This document shows, in pieces, positions 20,659 through 31,011 of a stretch of DNA of 40,467 nt. The stretch spans positions 44,802 through 85,268 of the forward strand of contig JBHLOC010000021.1 of assembly GCA_048940925.1 (NCBI GenBank), read 5' to 3'. The stretch comes from Promethearchaeota archaeon. Lineage in GTDB: Archaea > Asgardarchaeota > Lokiarchaeia > Sigyniarchaeales > SOKP01. The first letter of the stretch is position 1; each line of letters opens with the position of its first letter. The position numbers and the translations under genes are program-made. The notes under the pieces were generated by a model, which saw only the letters and a program-made list of their open reading frames with translations, was not told the origin of the DNA and did no database searches.

Positions 20659-20693
20659 CAATAAAAAAAATGAGATTAACAATAAAAAAATGA
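20659..20693 (-). terminator. Tandem oligo-T tracts after tRNA-Arg, probable archaeal terminators
   Basis: Near-direct repeat caataaaaaaaatga (20659-20673) and caataaaaaaatga (20680-20693), giving T8 and T7 runs on the minus strand 50-85 nt 3' of the tRNA. Confidence 0.4.
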
Positions 20694-20742
20694 ATAATAA
20701 TTAATCATAAGATTTAGTTTCATTTACTCATTATTAATAAAG

Positions 20743-20817
20743 TGGTCCAGGAGGGATTTGAACCCCCGATTTCTGGCTCCGCAAGCCAGTGCCCTATCCA
20801 AACTAGACAACTGGACC
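20743..20817 (-). tRNA. tRNA-Arg(GCG), no intron, CCA not encoded
   Basis: Reverse complement folds as acceptor GGTCCAG/CTGGACC, anticodon arm CTGGC-TT GCG GA-GCCAG, T arm GGGGG-TTCAAAT-CCCTC. Confidence 0.97.
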
Positions 20818-20897
20818 ATAATCACTTTCTGTTTGTAATTCTTAATAATTAATAATTCTCTATAATAATTATCTATTCATTATTACTAGTCAAAAGT

Positions 20898-21566
20898 ATG
20901 TTTAATAATTATTGTGTAATCTTTGATATGGACGGAGTCCTTGCAGATACAGAACCTATTCATTTTGAGAGTTGGGTAAAAATGGCAAATGAAATAGGAG
21001 CAAAATTTACAAGAGAATTTTTTAAGCAAACATTTGGTCAACAATCACCTACTATTACAAGAAAGTTAGTTGGTCCATCAATCGATGAGACTCTTATAAT
21101 TCAATGGTCTAATCTTAAAGAATCCTATTATCGAGAAATGGTTAAAGATAAATTAGAGCTTTTACCTGGTGTAATAGATATTATAAAGGATCTAAAATCA
21201 GAAGGATTTAAATTAGCTATAGGTTCAAGTGGTCCTTCTGAAAATGTTGAATTACTTTTAACAACATTAAAAATAAAAAACCTTTTTGATAATATTATCA
21301 CTGCAGCAGATGTCAGGAAAGGAAAGCCTGAACCCGATGTTTTTTTAGTTGCTGCTAATCTTTTAGGAATTGATCCAAAAAAATGCATTGTAATTGAAGA
21401 TGCTCCTGTAGGTATTCAAGCGGCAAATAATGCTGGAATGAAATCCATTGCTCTAACAACTACTCATAATACAGAAGAGTTACAAGAAGCTAATCTTGTA
21501 GTGCAAGATTTATCTCTTATAAGTATAAATGATATTAAGAAATTATTAGATATAGAAATTGAGTAA
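20898..21566 (+). CDS. HAD-family phosphatase, beta-phosphoglucomutase-like
   Basis: IFDMDGVLADT, GSS, KGKPEPDVF, IEDAPVGIQAA. Confidence 0.92.
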   Translation: MFNNYCVIFDMDGVLADTEPIHFESWVKMANEIGAKFTREFFKQTFGQQSPTITRKLVGPSIDETLIIQWSNLKESYYREMVKDKLELLPGVIDIIKDLKSEGFKLAIGSSGPSENVELLLTTLKIKNLFDNIITAADVRKGKPEPDVFLVAANLLGIDPKKCIVIEDAPVGIQAANNAGMKSIALTTTHNTEELQEANLVVQDLSLISINDIKKLLDIEIE

Positions 21567-21570
21567 AGAT

Positions 21571-23724
21571 TTAATATTCAACCCATATGGGACCTGCATA
21601 AGAAAACCTTCCATTTTCCCCTACAACACGAATTAAATAATAATCGTAACCTCTTGTATTTAAATCACTTGGAGTAATAGGATTATCACTATATTGATTA
21701 ATATAATATTTTCCTCCTTTTTTGATACAACTATTTTCATACGATGTTCCAGTTATAGGATCAGTATCGATTATCGAGATATTGATGATGGGGGAAGAAA
21801 TTTCTAAAGTCTGCCATAATTTCCCATTTTTAATAATTTCAATATCTGCATTCCAATTTGGAATACAATTATGAGTTACTGATGCAGCTTTGGATTTTTG
21901 TGCAACTGGAGCACCGTCTTGAGCAAGAAAGACATTTATTTTTCTATGTTCAGTTTGGTTATTAGCCACAAATGTTGAACCATCACCGACATGTGTAGTA
22001 TTTATTTGGAATATAAGAATTGGTCGACCATGATCCGAATTAGCAAAGATTCTTTGCTTTTCTAATCCAGTGAAAACACCCTCTCTTGTGAGATTACTTA
22101 CATATACCGCAGTTAAACCACCAGGATAGGGATGTTCATTCCGTGTGTTCCATAAACTAAAAGGACGTTGATGTCCAATATAGGCTCTAGTATGACTTAG
22201 ACTATGACCAGGATGACCATCATGTTCATCACTGGCGACATACATAGTCATTCTATAACCCATAGTAAAAGCATCAATAACAGAAGACCCATTTGTATAT
22301 TTTGGAGGAGCATCAATAGCTCCTACATAATTTAGGGGATGACGTTGTTCAAATAGACATTCTCCGTGGACAGATGATACTTCTGCAATTTTAACATATT
22401 TTGGATTGTTATACGTCCAATCTTGAATGTAAGCTTTTTTAGTTGTATGATGTGGTAGTGCAAGTGCTCTAACACCTTGTTTTGTAGTGAAATCATCAAG
22501 AACGTTCCATAATGCTTGAGGAGAAGTAACAGTGAAGTAGGAATCAAGTATAGGTGATTTTAATAAACTGTTCCCACTAAAAATACAGACATAATGACCT
22601 GTTCGAACACAAGTCCATTCGATACCATGGAATGTGACAAATTCTCCAGGTTCATAGGCAGCATTAGTTGAAGACTCAAGTTAATCAAGAGAAAATGGAG
22701 AAAACCTCATTATTTCACCATGATCAGTAAGCGCATTAAAATCAAGGCAAGCAATATGTCTAGCATAATAAAATGAATGTTGGGGTATACTTGTTCCGTC
22801 AGAGAGTTGCGAATGTGTATGGATATCTCCCCAAACTATTAAGGGGTCAGAAAATGAAAAATTTTTTACTATAATTGGGTTACTATAATATGTATTTTCA
22901 GTAATACTATCATCTACTAATATATAATGGATACCTGGAGTCATGATGGTTGCTTGAAAAACATGAATTCCATTATCTTTACCATCTCTAATTTCATAAG
23001 CAATATCAGATCCTAAAAATTGTCCTGTAAATGTGTATGGTTCAGGTAAATCTACTTGAGGATTCAATATCTGATTATAATTAGTAAGATTATATGAAAT
23101 TATAGAGAATTCTACTTTTCCTTTATAAACCGCACTTAGACGTTCATAAGAATCCCATGCTTCAACTGTAATATCAAATGACTCATCTATTTTTACCATA
23201 GTAGGAGTATTTACCCATAAAAGCCTAGGATTATTATCAAACATTACACCTAAATCAATACTCACAGATGTCCAAAAACTAATTGGTATAAGAGCTATCG
23301 AAAGTTCTATTACTTTACGACTTTTATTTGACAACTTCAGATAATGCTGGTGACATTGAACAATTTTTTTAATAGTTATTTCTTTTCTTTTTAAAATCTC
23401 TAAAATAAGTAATAAGATGGCATATGATATTATAAAACCTACACTAAAATAAATTACTGTAATGAGAGGGGCAAGACCCTTGTAAAAATGAACAAAAAAA
23501 GTGATAAAACCAATAGCACCAGCCAATATAATCCCGTTCCGTTTCCAAGCATTATCTTTTAAGAATATAAAGTAAAAAATCCCAATGACTAAGCCGATAA
23601 CACACCAGAAATACCAGAAAAGTGTAACAATACCAAAAATGTAGACAATAAATCTAGAAATACGCCATAAATGAAACCAATCTCTCTTAGGTACTATTAA
23701 TTTTTTGTTCTTATGCTCTTTCAT
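21571..23724 (-). pseudogene. Membrane-anchored PHP-like metallohydrolase (DUF3604/CehA-McbA-like) interrupted by one in-frame TAA at 22681-22683
   Basis: ORFs 22681..23724 and 21571..22263 are in the same frame and the 139 codons between them are open (LESSTNAAYEPGEFVTFHGIEWT...GHY...LPHH...EVSSVHG). Motifs WGDIHTHSQLSDG, LTDH, ASDEHDGHPG. Confidence 0.88.
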
Positions 23725-23828
23725 TTTTGTAATTAATTATTCTTCCAACAAATTTATAATATTTAATAATATATGTAATTAAATTACTTAAATTTTTAAT
23801 ACAGCATTTTGTTATTGGTGGTAATAGT

Positions 23829-25109
23829 ATGAAAACTACTAAAAAAGATATATTCTATAAGGATCAGCATGTTCGAATTACTACTTTTGGAGATGGCAAC
23901 TGTCATCTTATAAGATCTTTTGGAAATATAGGTGTTGTTGAGACAAACGAAGGAATAGTTCTATTTGATATAACTGGGAAGAATCTCGGACCAAAATCAT
24001 TTTATGGGTTTAGACAATTAACGGATAAACCTATAAAATATATCATATATTCCCACGGTCATTTTGATCATTGTTTTGGTTACGAACCTTTCATAAACGA
24101 AATTAAAGAAAAAGGTTGGGATATGCCCCAAATCATTGCCCACGAGAATTGTGTAAAAAGATTTGAAAAATATACACTGTTAGACGGATATCATGCATGG
24201 ATCAATTCTATGCAATTTTCTTCTATACCTGAAAGACAAAGAGGACTTGTAACAGCTAGAGAAACTCTCGAACCGACTATTATTATTCGCGGGAATGATG
24301 AGTATACTTTTAATTTAGGAATAGATTTTGAGTTGTACCATGATATAGGTGAAACTGATGATAGTATCTGGATGTATGTACCTGAAAAAAAGGTCTTATT
24401 TACAGGTGATCTTATTATTTCAGCTTATCCAAATGTAGGAAATCCTTATAAAGTTCAAAGATATCCAAAACACTGGGCTTTCGCAATGGAAAAAATGATG
24501 AAAAAGAACGCAGAATATTTAGTTCCTGGTCATGGTCGCCTTATCGAAGGAAAAGAAAATGTTAAGGAAGCATTAGAAATTACAGCAGAAGCAATGCATT
24601 TCGTCCATGATGAGGTTGTAAAGAGAATGAATCAAGGAAAATGGTTTGAACAAATTTATCATGAAATGTTAGAGATCTATCCAGAAAAATTTAAGCAATA
24701 TGAAATTTTACAATGGGTATATGGTAGTTATCCATTTGCTATACATGCAGTTTATAGGCTTTATCATGGATGGTATGATAGCGGCAATCCCACTGATCTT
24801 TTTCCTTCAAAATCTACAGACATTGCCAAAACATTACTGGAGATAAACACTGAAGAACAGTATTTAAACCACGCAAAAAAACTATATGATGAAGAAAAAC
24901 TACAATTAGCATTAAACATTCTTGATATTATATTAAAAGCAGAAGATAAAGCCAAATCTAATATTCTCTTGGAAGCACTCAACTTGAAATACACGATCTT
25001 AAAACAACAAGCTGATCAAGAAACTTCATTAATAGCACGAAATATTATAAATAATGGAGTAAATGAAATTAAAGAAAAAATAAGAGAGATAGAAAAAAAG
25101 AATAAATAA
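23829..25109 (+). CDS. Metallo-beta-lactamase-fold hydrolase, alkyl sulfatase (SdsA1-like)
   Basis: YSHGHFDH, GETDD, TGDL, PNVGNP, VPGHG, followed by a dimerisation region (YRLYHGWYDSGNPTDLFP). Confidence 0.88.
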   Translation: MKTTKKDIFYKDQHVRITTFGDGNCHLIRSFGNIGVVETNEGIVLFDITGKNLGPKSFYGFRQLTDKPIKYIIYSHGHFDHCFGYEPFINEIKEKGWDMPQIIAHENCVKRFEKYTLLDGYHAWINSMQFSSIPERQRGLVTARETLEPTIIIRGNDEYTFNLGIDFELYHDIGETDDSIWMYVPEKKVLFTGDLIISAYPNVGNPYKVQRYPKHWAFAMEKMMKKNAEYLVPGHGRLIEGKENVKEALEITAEAMHFVHDEVVKRMNQGKWFEQIYHEMLEIYPEKFKQYEILQWVYGSYPFAIHAVYRLYHGWYDSGNPTDLFPSKSTDIAKTLLEINTEEQYLNHAKKLYDEEKLQLALNILDIILKAEDKAKSNILLEALNLKYTILKQQADQETSLIARNIINNGVNEIKEKIREIEKKNK

Positions 25110-25119
25110 GGATATTTTT

Positions 25120-26880
25120 ATGGATATAGGAGAAATTAGAAAAATCCTCTGGATCAATGGCTTAAAAAATGCAGTAGAATTTGGAGGGAAACCAAATAAA
25201 AAAGCAGTTATGGGAAAGTTAATGGCCGAAAGGAAAGACCTCCGATCTCAAGCTAAAATGGTCATTCCGATTCTGGATGAGATTATCGGAGAGATTTCTA
25301 ATTTAAGTATGGAAGAGCAGAAGAAAAAATTAGTACAATTAGATCCGGATGCTCTCACAAAAAAAGAAAAACATGTAGAGGAAAAAGTATTACCACCATT
25401 ACCAAATATCGATAAATATGAGAGAGTAGTCATGCGGTTAGCTCCTTATCCTAGTGGGGCTCTACATATAGGTAATGCTAGAATGATTGTGTTAAATGAT
25501 GAATATGTAAAAAAATATAATGGGGAACTAATATTATTTTATGATGACACAATCGGAAGTCCCAAATCATTAAGGGACAGTCCAAAAGCTAAATATGTTT
25601 TACCAGAAGCATATAAATTGATAGAACAAGGATTAGAGTGGTTAGGTGTAAAATATACAAAAATTTTTTATAAAAGTGATCGTTTGGAGATTTTTTATGA
25701 ATATTGTGAGAAACTAATTAAAGATAATATGGCCTATGTATGTTTTTGCTCTGGTGAGGAATTCAGGGAAAAATTTAAAAAAAAAATGGAGATTTGTCCT
25801 CATAGAAATCATTCAATAGATAAAAATTTAACTGAATGGCAATCTATGCTAAGTGGCAAATATCATGAAGGAGATGCTGTAGTAAGGTTAAAAACTGGCA
25901 TGAAACAAAAAGATCCTGCTTTAAGAGACCAAATTATTATGAGAATCTCTGAAGCAGAGCATCCAAAAGTAGGAAAAAAATATAGGGTATGGCCTATGCT
26001 TGAATTCTCTTGGAGTATCGATGATCATCTTATTGGTGTTTCTCATATTTTAAGAGGAATTGATTTAGTAAAAGAAGATTTTATCGAGGAATTTGTTTGG
26101 GAGCACTTTGGCTGGAAAAAGGCCGAATTTTTGCATTATGGAAGAATTAATTTCCCTGGACTGAAGCTTAGTAAAACTAACGCTCGAAACAAAATACAGA
26201 ATGGTATATATCATGGATGGGAGGATCCTAGAACCTGGAGCTTACAATCTCTCAAAAAACGAGGAATCAAACCAGAAGCGCTGAAAGAATCATTATTAGA
26301 ATTGGGGATGTCGCTAACAGGTATTACATTCTCTGTTGATTGGTTATATTCAAAAAATCAAGATTTTATTGATGAAATTTCTAATAGATATTTCTTTGTG
26401 GAAGATCCGGTGTTAATTCTTATCTCTAATATTCCTACTAAAGGATATATAGCTGAACCCTTGTTACACCCATCATATCCAAGTAAAGGAAAAAGAAAAA
26501 TAACGTGTACTGCTACAAATGGTGAATTAAAAATATTAATTTCTTTTTTAGATGTAAAGAAATTAGAAAAAAATCAAGTTATAAGATTAAAAGACTTAAT
26601 CAATGTTAGAATTGAATCTATTAATTTTAAGGAAAAAAAAGTAGATGCTAGTTTCCATAGTAAGAAATTAAACAGAAAATTTTCGATTATTCATTGGGTG
26701 CCGAAGGATGAAAATATTAGAGTTTCTATAGTAAAACCTGATGGATCTATAGTCTATGGCATGGGTGAAATTAATCTTTTGAAAATAGAGATGAATCATC
26801 CTATTCAATTCGAACGGTTTGGATTTGTAAATCCTATAGAAATAAAAAACAAATGTCTTCATTGTTATTTTACTCATTAA
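25120..26880 (+). CDS. gltX: Glutamate--tRNA ligase (archaeal type)
   Basis: RLAPYPSGALHIGN, YVCFC, SHILRG, KLSKT, WEDPR, C-terminal QFERFGF. Confidence 0.97.
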   Translation: MDIGEIRKILWINGLKNAVEFGGKPNKKAVMGKLMAERKDLRSQAKMVIPILDEIIGEISNLSMEEQKKKLVQLDPDALTKKEKHVEEKVLPPLPNIDKYERVVMRLAPYPSGALHIGNARMIVLNDEYVKKYNGELILFYDDTIGSPKSLRDSPKAKYVLPEAYKLIEQGLEWLGVKYTKIFYKSDRLEIFYEYCEKLIKDNMAYVCFCSGEEFREKFKKKMEICPHRNHSIDKNLTEWQSMLSGKYHEGDAVVRLKTGMKQKDPALRDQIIMRISEAEHPKVGKKYRVWPMLEFSWSIDDHLIGVSHILRGIDLVKEDFIEEFVWEHFGWKKAEFLHYGRINFPGLKLSKTNARNKIQNGIYHGWEDPRTWSLQSLKKRGIKPEALKESLLELGMSLTGITFSVDWLYSKNQDFIDEISNRYFFVEDPVLILISNIPTKGYIAEPLLHPSYPSKGKRKITCTATNGELKILISFLDVKKLEKNQVIRLKDLINVRIESINFKEKKVDASFHSKKLNRKFSIIHWVPKDENIRVSIVKPDGSIVYGMGEINLLKIEMNHPIQFERFGFVNPIEIKNKCLHCYFTH

Positions 26881-27029
26881 ATATTTTGAAACATCCTTTT
26901 CTTAATAACTCATCAAAATATTATGATAATTAAAGTTCTAATGAAAAAATTTTAATAATTAACGATAAAATTATAACTGTATAAGAATAAAAATACCTAA
27001 TAAAATCAATTAATAAGATACTGAAGTTA

Positions 27030-28931
27030 ATGTCTCAACTACCCTGTAAAAAATGCGGTAGTGGTCTACCCTTAGTAAAAGGGTCTGTTATTCAGTGTCC
27101 TTATTGTGGGTCAAAAACTTATTATTTGGAATCAATTTATTCTTTTAGATATTATGTTTCAGAGATTTTAAGCCTCACTTCAATAAAAGAGAAAAGAAAA
27201 ATTGATGATAGCGAACTCGAGAGAAGGAAATTACTTATTAAATCATATTTTCATAAAATAAATACTAAATTTAATGATTATAGACATTTAGTAATTACCA
27301 AATTAGACGAAATTAACATCGATCTGGTAAAATTATTCAATTTGATTCGAGAAGCTGGTAATTTTGAGATTATTATCGAAAAATTTCTTTTAAATCATTT
27401 ACCTCAAAGTAATGAGAGAATTAAATTTCAGGAAATTAGAGATTCATCCTATATTATTAATAAATCTCTATTAGGGTTATATTATAGTTATTTGGCTAAA
27501 GAAATAAAGAATTATAAACATTGCTCCAAATTCTATTATTTTGCTGAACGAAATTTTCAAAATATTGTAGACTATTGTCATATAACAAAATTTGAAAATC
27601 AAGCTTCCCACATCTATGATAAGGAAGAAATATATTCAATACTCGTAAAGTTTGTATCTATTCTAAGAAATATTTTAAATAAAAATCCAAGGTATTATTC
27701 TGAAAAATTAGAAAATTTACTAAAGAAATTGGGAAAAATTGGATTGATAGATATTCAAACATATAATTTATATACACAAATCGACCATATATATCAATTA
27801 GAACGAGATACCGCGGTATTATTAGAAAAAGTTAGAATAGATAATCCGTTTTCACAAACAGAATCAATAAATGAAAATTTAATACTTGATATGGAAGAGG
27901 ATATTAAAAAATTAAATTACGTTAGAAATTGGATTAAAGATATATCTGAAAAATTTTATATTTATCAAAGAAATCTTCTTAAATTACATTCTGGAAGGTT
28001 AATCAAGTATTTAGAATCTTATCGCGAGGAATTTTTAAATTATAAAAACAAGAATGCTGAAAAGATTGATGATCTATTAGGTACTATGGTTAATAAAGTA
28101 TTGGATACATATAATTCAGAAATTATAGAAGCTTTAGATATTCTAAGTTATTTTATGCAGAAAAATATTTATAATCAAGAAGTTATAGAAAGATTTGAAA
28201 TCGAGCACGATGATCTTATCAAAATGGAGGAGGCCCTCAAAAATTTCATTAATAATTTATTTAAAAAACCTCTTCTCAGAAATATTGAATCTGAATATTA
28301 TAAAAAACTTATTTCTCTAATTTCCGGCAAACGTACTGAATTTGATAACTATATTTCAAAATATATCAATAGATTACTAAAAAATTTTGAAGAAGTTAGA
28401 AATCAGAAAGTATTATCCTTAGAAGAACAACGTAATCAGTTTAGTTTAGAGATTAAACCTAGCCTTCAGAAATTAATTAATTTAAGTTTTACTTTAAATG
28501 AAGAAAATTTACCATATCCCCTTTTCATAGATATAAGTTTTGAAAACAGAAAATTAAAAGTAGATTACCCAGAAATGGTAACTCTTACAATAGAAAATCC
28601 AAATTTAACAGATATAAAGGATATAAAAATTTATTTCTTTATACCAGACTCTTTTCAATCTAAACTGAAATTTACAAATATTAAGAGACTAAAAGCTAAT
28701 GAAACAAGAAAAATGAAAACTAGAATTATTCCCAGAGAAAGAGGAACATTTTTATCTATGGTTATGATGGAATATCAACATACCAACAAAACGTTTTGGA
28801 TGCCCTCAATTAAATTTGAGATAGAAGTCGAAGATACTAAGAGGTATCTATATTATCCTGTAACCAGAGCTAACTTTGAGTATGTACTCGAGGCTAACCA
28901 TAGATTAAAATTTATTAGAAGTTTTATTTAA
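27030..28931 (+). CDS. Hypothetical protein: N-terminal Zn ribbon, long helical region, C-terminal beta-rich (Ig/CARDB-like) domain
   Basis: CKKCG...CPYCG; E/K/L-rich middle; tail VTLTIENP..IKDIKIYF..IKRLKANET..IIP.ERG. Confidence 0.8.
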   Translation: MSQLPCKKCGSGLPLVKGSVIQCPYCGSKTYYLESIYSFRYYVSEILSLTSIKEKRKIDDSELERRKLLIKSYFHKINTKFNDYRHLVITKLDEINIDLVKLFNLIREAGNFEIIIEKFLLNHLPQSNERIKFQEIRDSSYIINKSLLGLYYSYLAKEIKNYKHCSKFYYFAERNFQNIVDYCHITKFENQASHIYDKEEIYSILVKFVSILRNILNKNPRYYSEKLENLLKKLGKIGLIDIQTYNLYTQIDHIYQLERDTAVLLEKVRIDNPFSQTESINENLILDMEEDIKKLNYVRNWIKDISEKFYIYQRNLLKLHSGRLIKYLESYREEFLNYKNKNAEKIDDLLGTMVNKVLDTYNSEIIEALDILSYFMQKNIYNQEVIERFEIEHDDLIKMEEALKNFINNLFKKPLLRNIESEYYKKLISLISGKRTEFDNYISKYINRLLKNFEEVRNQKVLSLEEQRNQFSLEIKPSLQKLINLSFTLNEENLPYPLFIDISFENRKLKVDYPEMVTLTIENPNLTDIKDIKIYFFIPDSFQSKLKFTNIKRLKANETRKMKTRIIPRERGTFLSMVMMEYQHTNKTFWMPSIKFEIEVEDTKRYLYYPVTRANFEYVLEANHRLKFIRSFI

Positions 28932-29020
28932 GAATTATATCCTTAGTTTACTTATTAAAAATTATATTTAATATAAAAAGTAAAATTTTTAGTAGTTTAA
29001 TTTCTTCCTCAACATTAACA

Positions 29021-30115
29021 ATGAACGATAAAGAAATTCCACAAAAATCTAATGATCAAGAATCCACTGAATATACATGGTCATTTTGCCCTATCTGTGG
29101 GGATAAGCTTCCAAAAGTTCAAAATGTTAAATTTTGTATAAAGTGTGGAACAAATATCGAGTTTATTAAAAAACATAGACAATTACCACCTGATCAAGTA
29201 AATAATCCTTATAAAATTACAACTACACAACCCCAATATCCCTCTTTTTTTATTGAATATGGACCAGAGAAAATATCGGATGAAGATATTCTCAATACCA
29301 AAGATCGTAAATTATGGAGTACACTTACTTCTATAGGACTTCCTTTAGGAGCGTTTATTGCTTTAGAATTTTTGTTAGCTGGACTATTTGTAGTTATAAT
29401 ATTATTTACTAATAGTATAAATGCAATTTATGGATTGGCTTCTAATTTATATTTTACTGCTCTAATTTCTGTTTTTGAATTAATTTTTGCTATCATTCCC
29501 ATGATAAATGTGGGGAAATATCTTCAAAATCCAACCATAAAAAATAGATTAGCTTTATTGGGATTTACCTCAAAAGGTTATGATAGGAGAAGGATTCTTA
29601 AAGAAATTTTAATAGGATTAAGTTTTGCGATAATGGGTTTTATTATTGTGTATTCAGTAAGTACACTTATTGAAATTATTTTTGAAAAAGGGCTCGGAAT
29701 CGAGATAGTAAGTGATGATAGTGGTATAGAGGCAGGCATACTTTCCTCTGATCTTTTAAGTATTATACTTCTTGTAGTAGTTATGATATTGTTTATAGGA
29801 ACGACGGAGGAAATTCTATTTAGAGGTTTTATGCAAAAAGGATTAGTTCGGAATTTAGGAAACAAATGGGGAATATTATTAACTGCCTTTATCTTTGCTT
29901 TCATTCACATAATTGGAATTTTTCTCATATTTGAATCACCTGTAACAATTTTTCTATCTTTTGTTATATCTTTTATCCCCTACTTTATAATTTCTTTAAT
30001 CTTAGGATGGTTATTTTTTTGGAGAAATGAAAATTTGATTGCGAATATGACTTGTCATGGGGTATTTAATGCTATACAAATTATTATAGCCTACATTTTA
30101 GTGCAAGCTTTTTAA
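29021..30115 (+). CDS. CPBP (CAAX/Abi, Rce1-like) intramembrane protease with N-terminal Zn ribbon
   Basis: EEILFRG, FAFIH, HGVFN; N-terminal CPICG...FCIKCG. Confidence 0.92.
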   Translation: MNDKEIPQKSNDQESTEYTWSFCPICGDKLPKVQNVKFCIKCGTNIEFIKKHRQLPPDQVNNPYKITTTQPQYPSFFIEYGPEKISDEDILNTKDRKLWSTLTSIGLPLGAFIALEFLLAGLFVVIILFTNSINAIYGLASNLYFTALISVFELIFAIIPMINVGKYLQNPTIKNRLALLGFTSKGYDRRRILKEILIGLSFAIMGFIIVYSVSTLIEIIFEKGLGIEIVSDDSGIEAGILSSDLLSIILLVVVMILFIGTTEEILFRGFMQKGLVRNLGNKWGILLTAFIFAFIHIIGIFLIFESPVTIFLSFVISFIPYFIISLILGWLFFWRNENLIANMTCHGVFNAIQIIIAYILVQAF

Positions 30116-30141
30116 TTTTAAAATTATTATTACAGGCAGAT

Positions 30142-31002
30142 ATGAGCTTATTACATAAATTTGAATTGTTAGCTAAGGGAAAGGAAAAAAAAATAGGGAT
30201 TGGCTTTGGAGAATCAGATTTTCATAATCAGAAAATCTTGAGAGCAAGCAAGTCTTTTTTAAAAGAATATAACTCTGAGGTTTTTATCTTTGGGAAAAAA
30301 CCCTTTTTGAATACTATAAAAAACCAAGTCTCATTAAAAAAAGATCAATCAAAATTTAGGTTAATCGATTGTACAGATCCAGAAGAGTATATTTTTGAAT
30401 TTTTATATGATAATACAATTAATGTTATTGTTAGAGGTTCATTAAGTTCAAATAAATTTTTAAAAATCCTAAAAGACAAGTCAAATATCACGGAGATAAA
30501 TAGATTAGCATTATTAGAAACAATAAAGGGACATCAATTTTTTTATGGACCAGTCGGAATTGATGAATGTAATACATTAGAAAAAAAAAAAATATATATT
30601 GAGAATGCATTAAAAGAATTCGCAAATCTTGGTATTGTTCCAAAAGTTAGCATTTTAAGTGGTGGTCGGGTAAGCGATATCGGTAGAGATAATAGAGTGG
30701 ACAAAACAATTAAAGAGGCTGAAAACTTGGTTGAGACACTAAAAATGAGACATTATGATTTAAACATTTCTCATGATGAAATATTAATAGAAAACGCCAT
30801 TGAAAAGAAATCTAATTTAATTATTGCTCCTGATGGTATTTCAGGTAATCTAATATATCGTACGCTAGTTCATTTAGGAGGAGGAAAGGCTTATGGTGCA
30901 ATTTATATAGGGATTGATAAAATTATAATAGACACATCAAGAGTAGGTAAATCCTCTGAAATTCATGGTGCCTTATTACTAGGACTTGCCCTCTCAAGGT
31001 AA
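30142..31002 (+). CDS. mtxX: MtxX / methanogenesis marker protein 4-like
   Basis: VRGSL, RLALL, PVGIDE, LSGGR, ILIENA, IAPDGISGNLIYRTL, DTSR. Confidence 0.85.
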   Translation: MSLLHKFELLAKGKEKKIGIGFGESDFHNQKILRASKSFLKEYNSEVFIFGKKPFLNTIKNQVSLKKDQSKFRLIDCTDPEEYIFEFLYDNTINVIVRGSLSSNKFLKILKDKSNITEINRLALLETIKGHQFFYGPVGIDECNTLEKKKIYIENALKEFANLGIVPKVSILSGGRVSDIGRDNRVDKTIKEAENLVETLKMRHYDLNISHDEILIENAIEKKSNLIIAPDGISGNLIYRTLVHLGGGKAYGAIYIGIDKIIIDTSRVGKSSEIHGALLLGLALSR

Positions 31003-31011
31003 AGTCTTCTG

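Noticed and set aside
22681-22683. Stop-codon reassignment or Sec/Pyl readthrough
   Set aside because: The codon is TAA, which ends many clear genes in this window.
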